Shown: positions 27,630 through 39,619 of the stretch, piece after piece
How positions within the stretch are numbered: position 1 is the stretch's first letter
Layout: every line of letters starts with the position of its first letter
From: Geosiphon pyriformis uo1
Taxonomy: Eukaryota; Fungi; Glomeromycota
Reading direction: 5' to 3'
DNA length: 64,000 nucleotides
Assembly: GCA_016748015.1 (NCBI GenBank)
Contig: JAAOMT010000135.1
Span: 372,001 to 436,000 of the forward strand
The notes under the pieces: model-generated
Databases searched by the model: none
Told to the model about the DNA's origin: nothing
What the model saw: the letters and a program-made list of their open reading frames with translations, nothing else
Made by a program: the position numbers and the translations under genes

Positions 27630-28307
27630 TGTTATGGGTTGGAATAACAAGCTAATGGATAGCAAGGGAGAACAGTATTGTATGGTGATGGAAATAAACA
27701 AAGAGGGAATTACAATAAGGGAGCAAATTGAATAAGTAGGAATTCAATGTGCATGATCAGTCTCATAAAAATTACAGTCGCTAATCTTTTCTTAAATCTG
27801 AAGGTAGAGGAATAGTCTGTGATTGTCAATAAGATAACACTGCTGCTATTATTCTATGCCTCAACTCGGCAATTCTTAGAATCAATAACAGGTATTGTTG
27901 TACTTTTCAATCGTTTTTTTATTCAATGAATTATAAGAGCAAGCCAATTATTTCTCAGGCTAATTCTAACAAATACAAATCAAGAAGGGGAAAAGATAAG
28001 GTATGTGAATGCCAACAAGTAAATACTTGAAGGTAAGGAAAGGGGAATAAGCGATTATGAGAGGAAGTAATTGATATTGTTTATTTCGTTACTTTAATCA
28101 TGTCTTTCTACAGCTAAGGGAATCATTGCTTATATAGCTATCTAAAATGGTCAATGACCAGGTCAATGATCAGGTCAATGATCAGGTCAACAGTTAGGTC
28201 ATTGATCAGGTTAACGATCACTATCTAAAAATAGGGTGGCTAATTATATGACATCATTGGCTAATACATGTGATAATTAATAAAAACTATGTGTTTCAAC
28301 CGTAACA
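27630..28307 (-). repeat. 5' LTR of C
   Basis: TGTTAC...ATAACA ends; six 12-bp units at 28149-28220 upstream of TATATAAG. Confidence 0.95.
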
Positions 28308-28414
28308 ATGTTATAAAAATTAATAAAAAAAGATAAAAACAAAAAACTTTTTTTTCAAAAAAACATTCTTTGAAAAATTTGGAAAAGAAGAAAAAAAGAA
28401 GTTTTTTCATAATA

Positions 28415-30692
28415 TTTTTTTTTTTTATTTGCTTAACGAGTGCAGCCCAAAAACAATCTAGTACTATACACCAAAAAAATGATCTAAACTAGATGTTAAT
28501 CATGTGCTTTCTACACATGACTAGTCACTTGGACCAATCAAGAACACACTATGCTGAAACAATAGAAAATGAGAATAATCTCAACCCATAAATTTTTTCA
28601 ATAACACCATTTAGATTCCTAGAATCAAAAATAAACTTACTAAGAAATAATCTAGTAGATTTAACACTACTCCTAACTTCAGCACCCAACATTTGCCACA
28701 AAGCTATAATATACTCAACAGTGTCTTCACTTAAGAAAAAAGGTTTGGCAGCCTACATATCATCATAATCCATGCCACCAAAGTCAACTTCAAATCTAAG
28801 ACAAGCAATGTCCTTAGACACACCAACCAAAAGATTGGCAAAATTGTTAGAAGCATATTTCATAGAAAGAAAATTTTTTTCTGATTGAATAGTCTTAACA
28901 GCATTATCATTAAGAAGGCAAGATACTAAGACAACCAAAGAGCCAACAGACTCAACAATAGACTTTACCAAAGCAGCCAAATCCGAAATTTGCTTTTCCA
29001 AAGAGTCCAATCTGGACCCAACAGCAGAATTAACAACAGCCACAGAAGGGGCAGAAGCCACCAAAGGAAAAAATTCAGACATAACAAGAGGAACAGATGC
29101 TTTAGCATAAGACAAAGAACCAACAAAATATGGTTTGAACACCTTGGGAGCCTTAGGAAAAGAAAATGAAGCAACTTTACAGTCTACAGTCAAGTAACCT
29201 GTTTTTTAACACCAAAAACAATGCCAACAATTAGGAGTCTCCCAACAGATATGGCACTTTCTAAGCATACTAGTATTGGCAACAGCAAAGTCCAAATCAG
29301 CTTGAAAGCCAAACATAACTAGAGCAAAGTGGAAATGACAACCAAAATCAGGAGACCAAAAAATGAAACAAGACTGGCCACCAACTTGAGAAATCATATT
29401 ACTGATTTCAAAGGCAGTACAGCCAGAAGAAAGATTGACCAACTTGGTCTTAAATCTATCATGAAACAAAATAGTCTCATTTTGATTTACCAAAAGAAGA
29501 ATTCTAACACAATTCTTGTCTACCAATACTGACCAATGATTCAAAGCAGACATGGCAGAATCTAACTTCTCAAAATGAACCACTACATATTGCCAAATGT
29601 CAGCAGACTTTAGCATAACATGAGTAATCATACCAAAAACACTAAGAGCTGTCTTAATGTTAGCAGCAGACACACCCAAAGACACATCACGCAGTGCAAC
29701 AGCAATAGAAGAGAATTCAGACTCAGAAACTACCAAAGACTTGGCAATTTTAAGAGTGGCAAGACAAATAGAGCTTGTAAACTCAACTAAAAATGCAGCA
29801 TCTAAAGAGGTTTGAGAAGCAAATTTTACACAAAAAAGCTTCACATTGTCTTTTAAAACAGATTTAGCACCCAATAAACCATGTACAGACTGAAAAACAG
29901 CCTTAATATAAGCCAATTTAATTTTAAAAGTAACACCAAGCACCAGAGTGGAGGTCACTCACTCAGCAAACCTTTGACAACTAGCAATAGTTTTCCAAGC
30001 ACCACCAGAAGTAGCACCAGAAACTAAAGGAGGAGATGATTTAGTTTCTATCTGATCAGCTCAGTTCACAAGAACAGGTAATCCAACAGGAGGAGATTGT
30101 TTTGCTTCTAAAACTGGTGATAATCTGCTGAAAGACACCACATTTGGCAACACAGCCGGTGGTTGATCTTGGCCTATCTTGAATGATGTGCTAGATGATA
30201 CTATGGAGATCTTATCTAAGATCTCATTTGGAACCACAAAGGGGTTCAGTGTAACAATAGTAGAGGCAGGCAACTACTCCCATTTTTCTGAACTTTTGGT
30301 CTTTTTGACCATTTTCTTTGAAGAGAAGGTGCTAGAAGCACCAGATGTTAAAGCTATGGAGGAGAACACCAGTTTGTTAACTGGTTTATTATTGAATACT
30401 TTTGGGCTCTTAGTAGGAGTAAAGACGACACTGGGATTAACCTAAGTGTGTTTTTTTGAGGGAACTTTAATTGGTGAAAAACCAGCCAAAGATGAGGAAG
30501 TTGCTTCAGTGGCTACCAAAGGCAGCTTTTTACAATTACTGGGTAAAAAAAAGGTTTCTAAAACGTTTTGCCTAGTTGTTTCTACAACAGAAAGAGTTCT
30601 TCTGGTTGAAATTTTATTAGATATCTTAGGACAAATATCAGATGCAGCTTTTTTATTCTTTGCTCTAGTCATGGTTATAAAATTAAGGAGAC
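28415..30692 (-). mobile_element. Complete ORF1-only non-autonomous LINE (HAL1-like), 2.28 kb
   Basis: Poly(A) tail (T-run 28415-28426), ~19-bp TSD aa(g/a)aagttttttcataata at 28396-28414 and 30693-30711, 20-nt 5' UTR, one long ORF, no ORF2. Confidence 0.88.
28549..30672 (-). pseudogene. LINE ORF1-type protein (~707 codons; RRM-like repeats, CCHC knuckle, coiled coil)
   Basis: ORF pieces 30672, 30273, 29958 and 29193 share one frame with only point stops; WQYVVVHF and FALVMF RNP1-like motifs; CFWC*KTGYLTVDC knuckle; LDSLEKQISDLAALV coil. Confidence 0.85.
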
Positions 30693-30711
30693 AAAAAGTT
30701 TTTTCATAATA

Positions 30712-32580
30712 TTCTTAGTATTATTAATTGTGCTTACTAAAAAATAAGACTTAAAACCAATATTTTTAATAATAATTTGTTTAAAAACATTAATTAATTT
30801 TATAATACTTTTATCTAGTATTTTAATTTGTATATGGTTTTTGGTTTTACAAATTTTTTTATAATTAATCTCTTTTTTTATTTTATAAAAATAATATATT
30901 AATATTTATTTATTGTTATTTATAAATATTTACATAATAAAAAATACTTTAATGTTTTGTCTCTATATTATGATAAAATTAAATTGTTTAGTTATTTTTT
31001 TGTGTATAATATAAACTTTTTTATCTATTTACATATTTTAAAATTGCTTTTTGTTTTATAAAACTCTATATTAAAATTGGTTTAACTGTATATAAATGTT
31101 GTTTTTTTGTGTTTCTAATCATATTTTGTATATTAGTTTAATTAAGATATGTTTTTAAAAATTGATATTTAAAATTTTTTTAATGTTTAAAAAAAGTTGT
31201 TATTTACAAGATAGTTAATTTTGTTTATAGTTTAGGTATAGTATATTATAATAAAATATAATAAATTTGGTTTAAATATAAAATTTTTATAAAAAAAGTA
31301 GTTTAATATTTAATAATAATTTTTTAATTATTGTAATCTGTGAATTTTTAATGCAATATTTTTTTAATGTTGTTAGATTGTTAAATATATTTGTTAGCTT
31401 AAATATTTGTTTAAAGTTATATAAGTTATATTTGTTTTATGTTAATTTAGATAATATAGTTTTTGTTCTAATAAGTATATAATATTATTTTAATTATATT
31501 TGAATAATTAGTAATATATAAAAAATATATAATACATACTTAATTTAGATTATGTAGCTTAATATATTATATTAAATAATATATAAATCTTATTTGTTAA
31601 ATATAATAAAAAAAAATTAAAAAAATTAAAAAAAATTGTTTTTTGGCTGTTTTTGTTTTTTTAATTATTTAAGTAATAATAAAAATAAAATAAAAATAAA
31701 AAAAATAACTTAATTATTGATTTTTTATTAAATATTTTAAAGTTTTTAAAAAAACAAAAACCATACCAAAATTATTTTAAATAAGTTTTTTTAATAGAAC
31801 TTTAAAAGAAAAAACTTTTAATTAAAGATAAAAATTGTGTTTTTGTATTAGCAAAAAACTAGTCAATTATTATTTTATTTAAAAAAAGCACTATTATAAA
31901 GTATTATTAAACAGTTTTTATAATTGCAAATATTTTATTAATAAAAATATTACCAGTTGTTTTAAGTAATAAAAAAGTTACAACTTTTATTTTTTGTTTT
32001 TACTTGTTTATTAATTAATTATTAATTAACTTATTAATTTAATTAATTATTTTTTTTGAAAAATATAAATTTTTTTAAAAGTATTAATTGTTTTTTGTTT
32101 TTTATTAAACAAAACAAAATTAATTTTTTTAATTTTTTTAATTTATATTTGTAGTAATAAATTTAAAATTAAATTGATTAGTTAAGTTTGTTTTTTTTTG
32201 ATTTTTTAAGTCTAATTATTAACAAAAACATGTTATTGTTATTTTTAAAATTTTAATACTATAATTATTAAAACTAATATATTAAAAAAATTATATTTGA
32301 AAAAAATTTTCAAAATATTATTGTTGTTATAAGTATCAAAGTTTAAATTATATAACTGTAAATTGTAAAACTGTTTTTTTAAATTATTAAGAGTGTTTTT
32401 AAAATTTTTTATAAAGTTTAAAGTTTTTGCTAATTATTTTATTAATTTAATATTATAAGTTAAAATTACAACTTTTTTTTGTTATTTATAATTCTAAAAT
32501 AATTAATAAAACATATAAGTTTAAATTAAATAGATTGTAATTTTGTATTTAAAGAATATATATTTATTTAATCTTTATAG
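30712..32580. repeat. Extremely AT-rich decayed repeat tract; ~31605-32130 is an inverted copy of 39885-40351 + 43671-43730
   Basis: Almost no G/C; long matches to the reverse complement of the 40 kb region (e.g. ataacttaattattgattttttattaaata, ttattttaaataagtttttttaatagaa). Confidence 0.75.
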
Positions 32581-32856
32581 TACAGCCAAACAAGCATAAC
32601 AGATTGGCCAAACTCGAATTCATTACAAAACTAAAAATAAATTTGCATTTACTTCCTGATATTATCGTCCTTATTATTTTGTTTGTTAATACACATCTTG
32701 TAAGTGGTTTAGCTCAATTACAAATGACGTTATGCTTATATACTAACTTAAAAATAAGAATTTCTGAACAAATAATTATTTAGAATAAACAAAGATTTTC
32801 TTAATTAAGAGTAAATAAATTATTTATACCAATTTTAACTTTGAATCTTTTTCTGA

Positions 32857-34024
32857 TTAAATGGTATTGTTGCCCTCGCTATAAATGCTACCACTTTTAT
32901 GATCACCATCCTCACCCTTATTATAATTTTGCTTCTCAAAATAATCTTGCAAGAAAACATTGGCCAGATTTGAAAATTTCCTATTTTCAGATAGTGACAA
33001 CTCTTGAACGCGGTTGTGCACTGTTTTTGTTAAGATATCTTGGGTAATTAGAGGAACATAAAATTAATATTATATTATCATGTAATAAATCTATAAATCT
33101 ATTCGTTAATCGAGAATCATCCTAAAGTGTCAATCTACAAACCTGCTTCGCTCGATATCGTGATCAAGAACATCAAACTAGATAATGCCGAAAGTAAAAT
33201 ATTTTCGTTTTTGCTTGATAAACAATCTACGATTAATGGGATTCCGTCATTATTGATGATGTGTTCCTTTGCACTTTTCTCTATAAGAATAAATATCGGT
33301 TAGAATAATTAGAACTTTACGAAAAACGAATTCAAAGAAAGAACCAATAATAAAAATGTATTTAGAGATGAGTACCTAAACAGATATTACAGATCCCACC
33401 TAATCCAAACTCGACTGTCTTTTCTTCGGCTTCCGTGAGAGCGTCTGAATTAAATTTATGGATAATCAATATTCACTCAATACTAATTAGATTTTTACAT
33501 TATTAAAAATCACATTACTAAACTTGCATAGTTGTCACTTGGACACTTACCCAAAAATAGATCAACTACATTCAACTGCAACAAAAATGGGTAATTTATC
33601 GGATCGTATGCAAAGTTCGCCAAATTTGCCAATACTTGTTGTTTTGCTTCTGGAATGAATTTAATAATTAACAATAAAAAAGGTAAATGTAAAAGGCATA
33701 AATTATTTTGAGCATTGAATCCCTGTATGATCGCACCCATCATTATTCAACCACCTCGATTCCAAAAAGAAAAAATTAACCTAGATCTTTGGTATCCTGA
33801 TATTCATTCACAAGTTCCTGAAGATATTCTAGGCTTTTGACAGATTCATCAAGGAAGATTAGCCGATGTGTTAAGAATTCAAACGCGAATTTTAAATTTC
33901 AGAATCAAAAAAAAGATGCATCTCATATCCTGAATTATACGGATAATCGTTAAACCTTGACACCATACCGTGACGTCCCGTATTTTCCTGTTCGTTTTTC
34001 AAGTTGCCGAGTGGTTGAGAACAT
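32857..34024 (-). CDS. ARMC7: Armadillo repeat-containing protein 7 homolog; 6 exons (34024-33969, 33833-33781, 33649-33551, 33444-33376, 33280-33143, 33038-32857)
   Basis: GT-AG introns with consistent phase; spliced protein [56 protein letters not shown]...[13 protein letters not shown]...[11 protein letters not shown] carries the ARMC7 signature [12 protein letters not shown]. Confidence 0.93.
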
Positions 34025-34713
34025 TTTTGTGAAAAGATTAGAATCAAAATGAAGGCTTAAAATAATCTACTTTGCACATGTATACGTCATGAGATCAGAT
34101 CTGTAAAGATCGTCAATAAGTAAATTTTTGGGCTTTCTGGTAGATTTCAATTAATTTTCCCATTGATTATTTTCTTTTTTATTCAAAGAACCGCTTTTGT
34201 ACTTTTTTAATTGTCGTGATTCCCTTCGTATTCTCAATAATCTGTTTTACATTTCACTTCAGATTTGCTATAAAATGATGTATAATGATACAGGGTAGAT
34301 CTATACGCAGACCCCAATCAGATATTCAATAATCACCTCACAAATCTTTATTCCAATTTCTAGTACTGCTTTCTTTTATTCGAATACAACTATAATAAGT
34401 AGGATTATTTTTAACGATGTTCACATTGCTTTGAAAATCCAATTTTATAATTGTAAATTAATGACGTGATCGAAAACGGGGCGCAAACCTTGTAAAGGTT
34501 AGATTGACTCATCTCAGGAGATCCTAATAATTGCTCCCACGGAGAGGAGTAATTATATTAAATAGTCTTAAAGTATATGGTTTATTAATATATGAATACA
34601 AAGAGAAATTTATTCCTCTTATCAAGACTACATCGAGTATAACTCCAAATTATTCTAACCCTTCCAATAATACAGATGAGTTCATAAAGTGATTGAAACA
34701 TATTGTCCAATGT

Positions 34714-35570
34714 TTACTCTTCCCTCAATTTTTTCGTATCTCTTTTGGTATCAACATCAACATCAACATAACAAACATTTTCATCTTCGTCTTCATCTTC
34801 ATTTTCCTCTTCCCTCAAAATCCAATGATCGGAGGTTTCACGAAGACGTTTCTTTGAACCTTCGGATTGGCTAACGGATCGATAGCCTAGTGAGGAATTT
34901 GTGACAGAATCTGAATAAAGAAATATTAAAATTAATATCAAGATAGAGAAAAGGGAAATAATCTCAAAAATGTATCAATATAATCACTAGATATTTTTTC
35001 TCTTTCTAGAACAGGAAACTTCTCTAAAGGTAGATGATGAAGTCCACCCATTTTTGGAGCCTCCTGACATTGGTCACGATACACCAGGGGCCCTGAAGGA
35101 GTCGGTGACAAATCGAGAAAGGTTTCCATTTCCTGTCCAATATCCGAATCATTTTCTACTTCTTCGGCGTATTCCACCTCTTTATAGACCCATTTGACAC
35201 AAAGTGTCAAAGAATTCTCATCCTCGGATTGAGGCCTCAGCTTTTTCTGTTGCTTACGACGAAGAACGCGAGTTTCTGGTGTGGATGGTGCAAATATCGG
35301 TTCCACCTCTTGTTGAGCCTCTTTCGACTCTCTATTTTCTTTTTCACTTGCTTGTAGCTCAGGAAAAAGAAGTCGAGGAGTGGCGAGTAATTGATTAACA
35401 TCTCGAGGATAGTCACGGTGTAATAGTTCAAGAGTTCCAGGAATTCTTTCAGTTAGTTTTTTGCATGGGGTTTCGTTTGGTAGAGAATATTCGAGTTTGC
35501 TCCTGTTCCAATAGCGTCGTGCCGGAATGTAGCGAAGAGGTTCCCGAACTAAGAAGTGAACTTGTACCAT
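34714..35570 (-). CDS. Hypothetical charged protein; probably 2 or more exons (possible intron ~34987-34912)
   Basis: 210-codon CpG-retaining ORF plus a downstream acidic 75-codon ORF joinable in phase by a weak GT..AG intron; no recognised domain. Confidence 0.6.
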
Positions 35571-36443
35571 TCTTTGAATGCAAGGATGCTTTCCTAGGTT
35601 TTACTTGGTTGATAATATGAAGCTTGGGTAAAGTTATTATATTTGTAATGAAGAGTTTTCACTTTGGGGTTTTCCAATGGTGCGAACGTGATGAAAGACG
35701 AAAAATGTGCCAGACGCGTAACGGAAGTTCTACTGCCCTACGTATATATATGCAGATTCCGATTTTACGTGACCAAAAATATTTTACAAAAAATATTTGA
35801 TTAGAAAAAAGATATTTTTACCAAAAAATATATTTTAAAATAACAATTAACATTAAAAATCTTAAATAAAATATTGAAATATTGAAATTTAAATATTTGG
35901 CTTAATAGTTTACATTTAATTAAATTTTTGTAATATTAAATATTATATTATTTTTCATCAATTATATTTTATGTATATAATAAACAAGTATTAAAATTTT
36001 AGTTTTGATTTTTCTAATGTTTCAATAAGCAAAGACTTTGAAAATTTAACCATTCTTGGTAAAAATACTTAGATTTAATTTGTTTAACACCTCTAACACT
36101 TCAGATTGAGGTTCATGACATCGCTAATTGCAAATTAAAGTTTCCTTTAAACAAATTGACTTGATAAACATTCTAGTTTTTCATTGATAGCATCCTTCAA
36201 CCAACTCCCATTGAGGAAGTGCTAAATTAACAAAAATTTTATGAATTGTCAAGACAGGATGGAATAATGATATCAGAGGAAAGCTAGATTTCTTATCAAG
36301 TCAGTCTATGTACAGGAATTCATTCATTGAACCAAAATGAAAAATCCTTGTATTGAAATAACTTTTCTAAATCTTTGATAGATTCAATTATTTTTTAAAT
36401 ATTAACTTATTTTAGTCGCCATCATTTGGTATACGACTAAAGC

Positions 36444-37319
36444 ATGGCGCAAAACATTATCAAAGGCTCCCCACCATCGTTGGCTGAGACAGGTATTCAG
36501 CAAAAGCAGATAGATATCAAATATTTCAAATATGAACAGCTCGAATATTGGTCTCGTATTCCCTTCCTATACTCTTTAAATTGGGGTTAAAGCTTAGGCT
36601 CTGCATTAATTTCAATTCAACTGTTGAGGATTACCTTTAAATTCTAAATCATGTATGATTACTATATTCAAAATTTAACCACTCTTTGATTATCTCACGT
36701 GAAAAGAACAAGATGAAATCGATAAACATTACATGCGAGTCGCGATTGAGCAAGCAAATCTTTCAATACAAGTTGATACAGCGTACTGCGTGGGAGCTGT
36801 ATGTCATTGATAATCCCTTTTTAGAAGTTTACCTTTAACACAAAACCTTGATGGATCGTTACATTCATTTTTTTCCCTACCCCAACTTAATCTCAGGTCC
36901 TGGTCAAAAACTCCAAAATTCTCAGCACAGGGTACTCTCGTGAACTCCCAGGGAACACACACGCAGAAGAATGTGCATTGTTAAAACTATCATCCACAAA
37001 TTCAAACCGCATTTTAAATTTCAACCAAATTTTAACAAATCCTAGTCCTGCTTCCAGCAACGCTATTGATTTAGCAGATGCTACAATTTACACAACAATG
37101 GAACCTTGTAGCACAAGGCTATCAGGAAATCTATCCTGTGTAGAACGGATACTAGAGGCGGGGATTAAACGTGTGGTGCTAGGTATTCAGGAACCGGATC
37201 GATTTGTGAAATGTGTAGGTGTCGAGTTATTAAAGGCACGTGGACTTGAAGTTGTTAGGATTAAAGGATTTGAAGAGGAGTGTTTAAAACCTAACAGCCA
37301 TATATTGAATAGACATTAA
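36444..37319 (+). CDS. Zinc-dependent cytidine-deaminase-fold protein, RibD/RIB2 deaminase-domain type; exons ?36444-36492, 36707-36798, 36897-37319 (first exon tentative; alternative ATG 36733)
   Basis: YMRVAIEQA..AYCVGA|VLV..STGYSRELPGNTHAEECAL...YTTMEPCSTRLSGNLSC: HAE and PCx9C motifs; gtatgt..cag intron. Confidence 0.85.
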
Positions 37320-37543
37320 AAGTGAAAATAGCATTTTTGGAGTTTCAAGATTCAAACTATTTGCAACTAAAGGCAAGAAACTGCGATACTTTATAAAAAA
37401 ATGGTTGGGATTGAGAGGAAAAATGTGAAAGAGTAGGAATTGCTATATATAATTTTTATACAGATACAAGAATAATTTTTTAATCAACTGAAATATTTTA
37501 TGAAAATAAAAAATGATTTTTAAATGCTTTTTTAACCACAGTC

Positions 37544-39205
37544 TCATACAAATAGTTGTCTTTGCTGAGATGGGCTTCGAGGAAGCCATTCAAGAAATCG
37601 TCCCTTGTTTTCATTCCAAATTTTTTCCACTTTATCCTCAAAGGATTCAACCTTCTCATTCGCAAAACGTGTCAATCCTTCTAATGCACAGACAATAAGT
37701 ATGAGAACTAAGCTACCAATATCTCCGTACGTTGAGTATAAGGTTTCTCTCTTACTGTCAGTTAGGGGAAGATCCCAAATCAAACTAGAAACACCGCTTT
37801 TCGGTGCCACTTGCCAATTTCGGATGCGGCCCAAGTCATCCACAATGCCACTAACTCCCCCAGCATCACATCGTAATAGCCAAAATCCTTGCTCGATTGC
37901 ACGTACAGATGCCATGTGTAGGTGTTCGAGGCCCACACGCGAACCCCACGTTTGAGCGGGGGATAATACTAGGTTGGCCTCCCCTGCTTGTTGCAATAGT
38001 TTAGGGAAATCCATATCAAAACATATTGCTGCGCTGACGTTTAAAGGGACTGATATCTTTTTTATTATTGTGGGAACATTAATCTCCTTCAAAGGTAGCT
38101 CACCAGGGCCAGCTTCTGTAGAATATCCTTCCGCAATAGGGACTGGATGGGTTTTAGTGTAATTAAAAAGTATACTACCATCTTTATCTATCAAAGTTAA
38201 AAAATTTCGTCGTTTGTGGCCTCCAGAAGGGACGGTGTATGTTATGCCAACATAAACAATGTGTTTTTTTGCTATTACCATTGTTTCATTCAATAGGTTG
38301 TCCAATGCTGTTGTTGAATCCAAATTCACGGCAGATTCCGACCATAAAATTATCTTGGCCCTAGTAGCCAAATCTTTTGTTGAATGGATCATTTCTTCTA
38401 AAGGTGAATCCTTTATCGATGGGGCCGCTAGAAGACAAGCAACTTTGAGAGTTTTCAGAGGTTCAATGTTACTTTCTATCTGATTTAACCTTTTAGCTCC
38501 CCAAGAATAAATGAATAGTAACGCGATTGCAGAAAGAACTATTTTTCGACTTGTTTGTCGAATTGCTGGGGCTTGCGATTCAGGAGATAAAAGCGAAGTG
38601 CGTTCGTTCAACTGATTAGAACCATCATCAACATTAACATTATTTAGGGAATCTGCAAGAAGTGTGGCACCAATATGTGCCCACCAAGCCAAAACAAAAT
38701 CGATTCCACTCAGTCCAAACACAGAGGCTAATTGAATCAGGGGATTCCCATCACCTTGTAACGTATAAGCCCAATCTCCCCAAGACCCAAAGGGTGAAAA
38801 TCGTCGCCATAAAAGCCAAGTACTCACCCAGAGACCAGCAAATAGGAAGAAACTGCTCTGACCATATCTTCTCAGATAAACTTTTTCAATGTATGTGGGG
38901 AGTATGGTTAAAAACGCGACCAAAGCACCAATTGAAATAAGCACTCCAATATTGTCAAATGGGGAATCTAGCGGAGACGAAGAGAAGTCGCAAAAGGACA
39001 AACCAATACTAAGAGCCAAAAAGAAAAATAAAGTGAGGATATACAGTGGCGACCCATTTCTTACCAAAAATAAAATTAGGGGCAAATCAAAAAGTGATAG
39101 AAGAGGGATGGGTATTAAGCCCAACCCAAAATATGAGAGAATAGAAGTTAACGGCAACGCACTTAGAAACCCAAGGTTTTTTGGTTCGAATACGCTTCCT
39201 GGCAT
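37544..39205 (-). CDS. Apolipoprotein N-acyltransferase (Lnt)-like membrane CN-hydrolase, intronless, ~553 aa from MPGSV
   Basis: Multiple N-terminal hydrophobic helices, QLASVFGLSGIDF, catalytic E (WSESA), K (YTKTHPVP), C (AICFD), HLHMASVRAIE, GVSGIVD, TLYSTYGD plus a C-terminal TM helix. Confidence 0.9.
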   Translation of the reverse strand: MPGSVFEPKNLGFLSALPLTSILSYFGLGLIPIPLLSLFDLPLILFLVRNGSPLYILTLFFFLALSIGLSFCDFSSSPLDSPFDNIGVLISIGALVAFLTILPTYIEKVYLRRYGQSSFFLFAGLWVSTWLLWRRFSPFGSWGDWAYTLQGDGNPLIQLASVFGLSGIDFVLAWWAHIGATLLADSLNNVNVDDGSNQLNERTSLLSPESQAPAIRQTSRKIVLSAIALLFIYSWGAKRLNQIESNIEPLKTLKVACLLAAPSIKDSPLEEMIHSTKDLATRAKIILWSESAVNLDSTTALDNLLNETMVIAKKHIVYVGITYTVPSGGHKRRNFLTLIDKDGSILFNYTKTHPVPIAEGYSTEAGPGELPLKEINVPTIIKKISVPLNVSAAICFDMDFPKLLQQAGEANLVLSPAQTWGSRVGLEHLHMASVRAIEQGFWLLRCDAGGVSGIVDDLGRIRNWQVAPKSGVSSLIWDLPLTDSKRETLYSTYGDIGSLVLILIVCALEGLTRFANEKVESFEDKVEKIWNENKGRFLEWLPRSPSQQRQLFV

Positions 39206-39619
39206 ATTGTGGTCAAAGATAAAAAAGTAGATTGAATGCGAACCGAAAAAAATGAGCTTTAAATAGTTAATATGATACTCATAAACCAATCAGAATCGAC
39301 TTGATATGCGATTTTTATAACAAATGAATTTTTAAGTTTTGCGAATCTTTTTTGTGTTTTATCACTCGGGTGGTTTATCCAAACAAAAAGGCTTCATCAT
39401 AAATCAGGTAAAATATTCATACCTACTTCCAATAGCAGATGATTGTTTTGGCCCATGCACCTTCGTTTAACTTTTATGTACAGTTTTATTGTCAAAGTGA
39501 ACCAAAAGATATAATAATAATGATAATATTGTTTTTATTTGTCTCTGTATATGCTGTATTGTTATTGTTAGTTTTAATTTTTATTGGCTGTGTTGTGTGT
39601 ATGTTATTGTATCTATGCT

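Larger units (their letters stand above)
20625..28307 (-). mobile_element. Full-length Ty3/Gypsy element C (family 2), 7.7 kb
   Basis: 678-bp LTRs (27630-28307 and 20625-21302), perfect ATGT TSD (20621-20624 / 28308-28311), PBS 27605-27623, PPT ~21303-21313; gag, PR-RT-RH, IN, ORF3; near-identical to G. Confidence 0.97.

Noticed and set aside
35775-36010. AT-rich patch between divergent genes as a MITE
   Set aside because: No convincing terminal inverted repeats or TSD could be defined.
37605-39230. Several plus-strand ORFs opposite the Lnt-like gene
   Set aside because: Antisense shadows of a real CDS.
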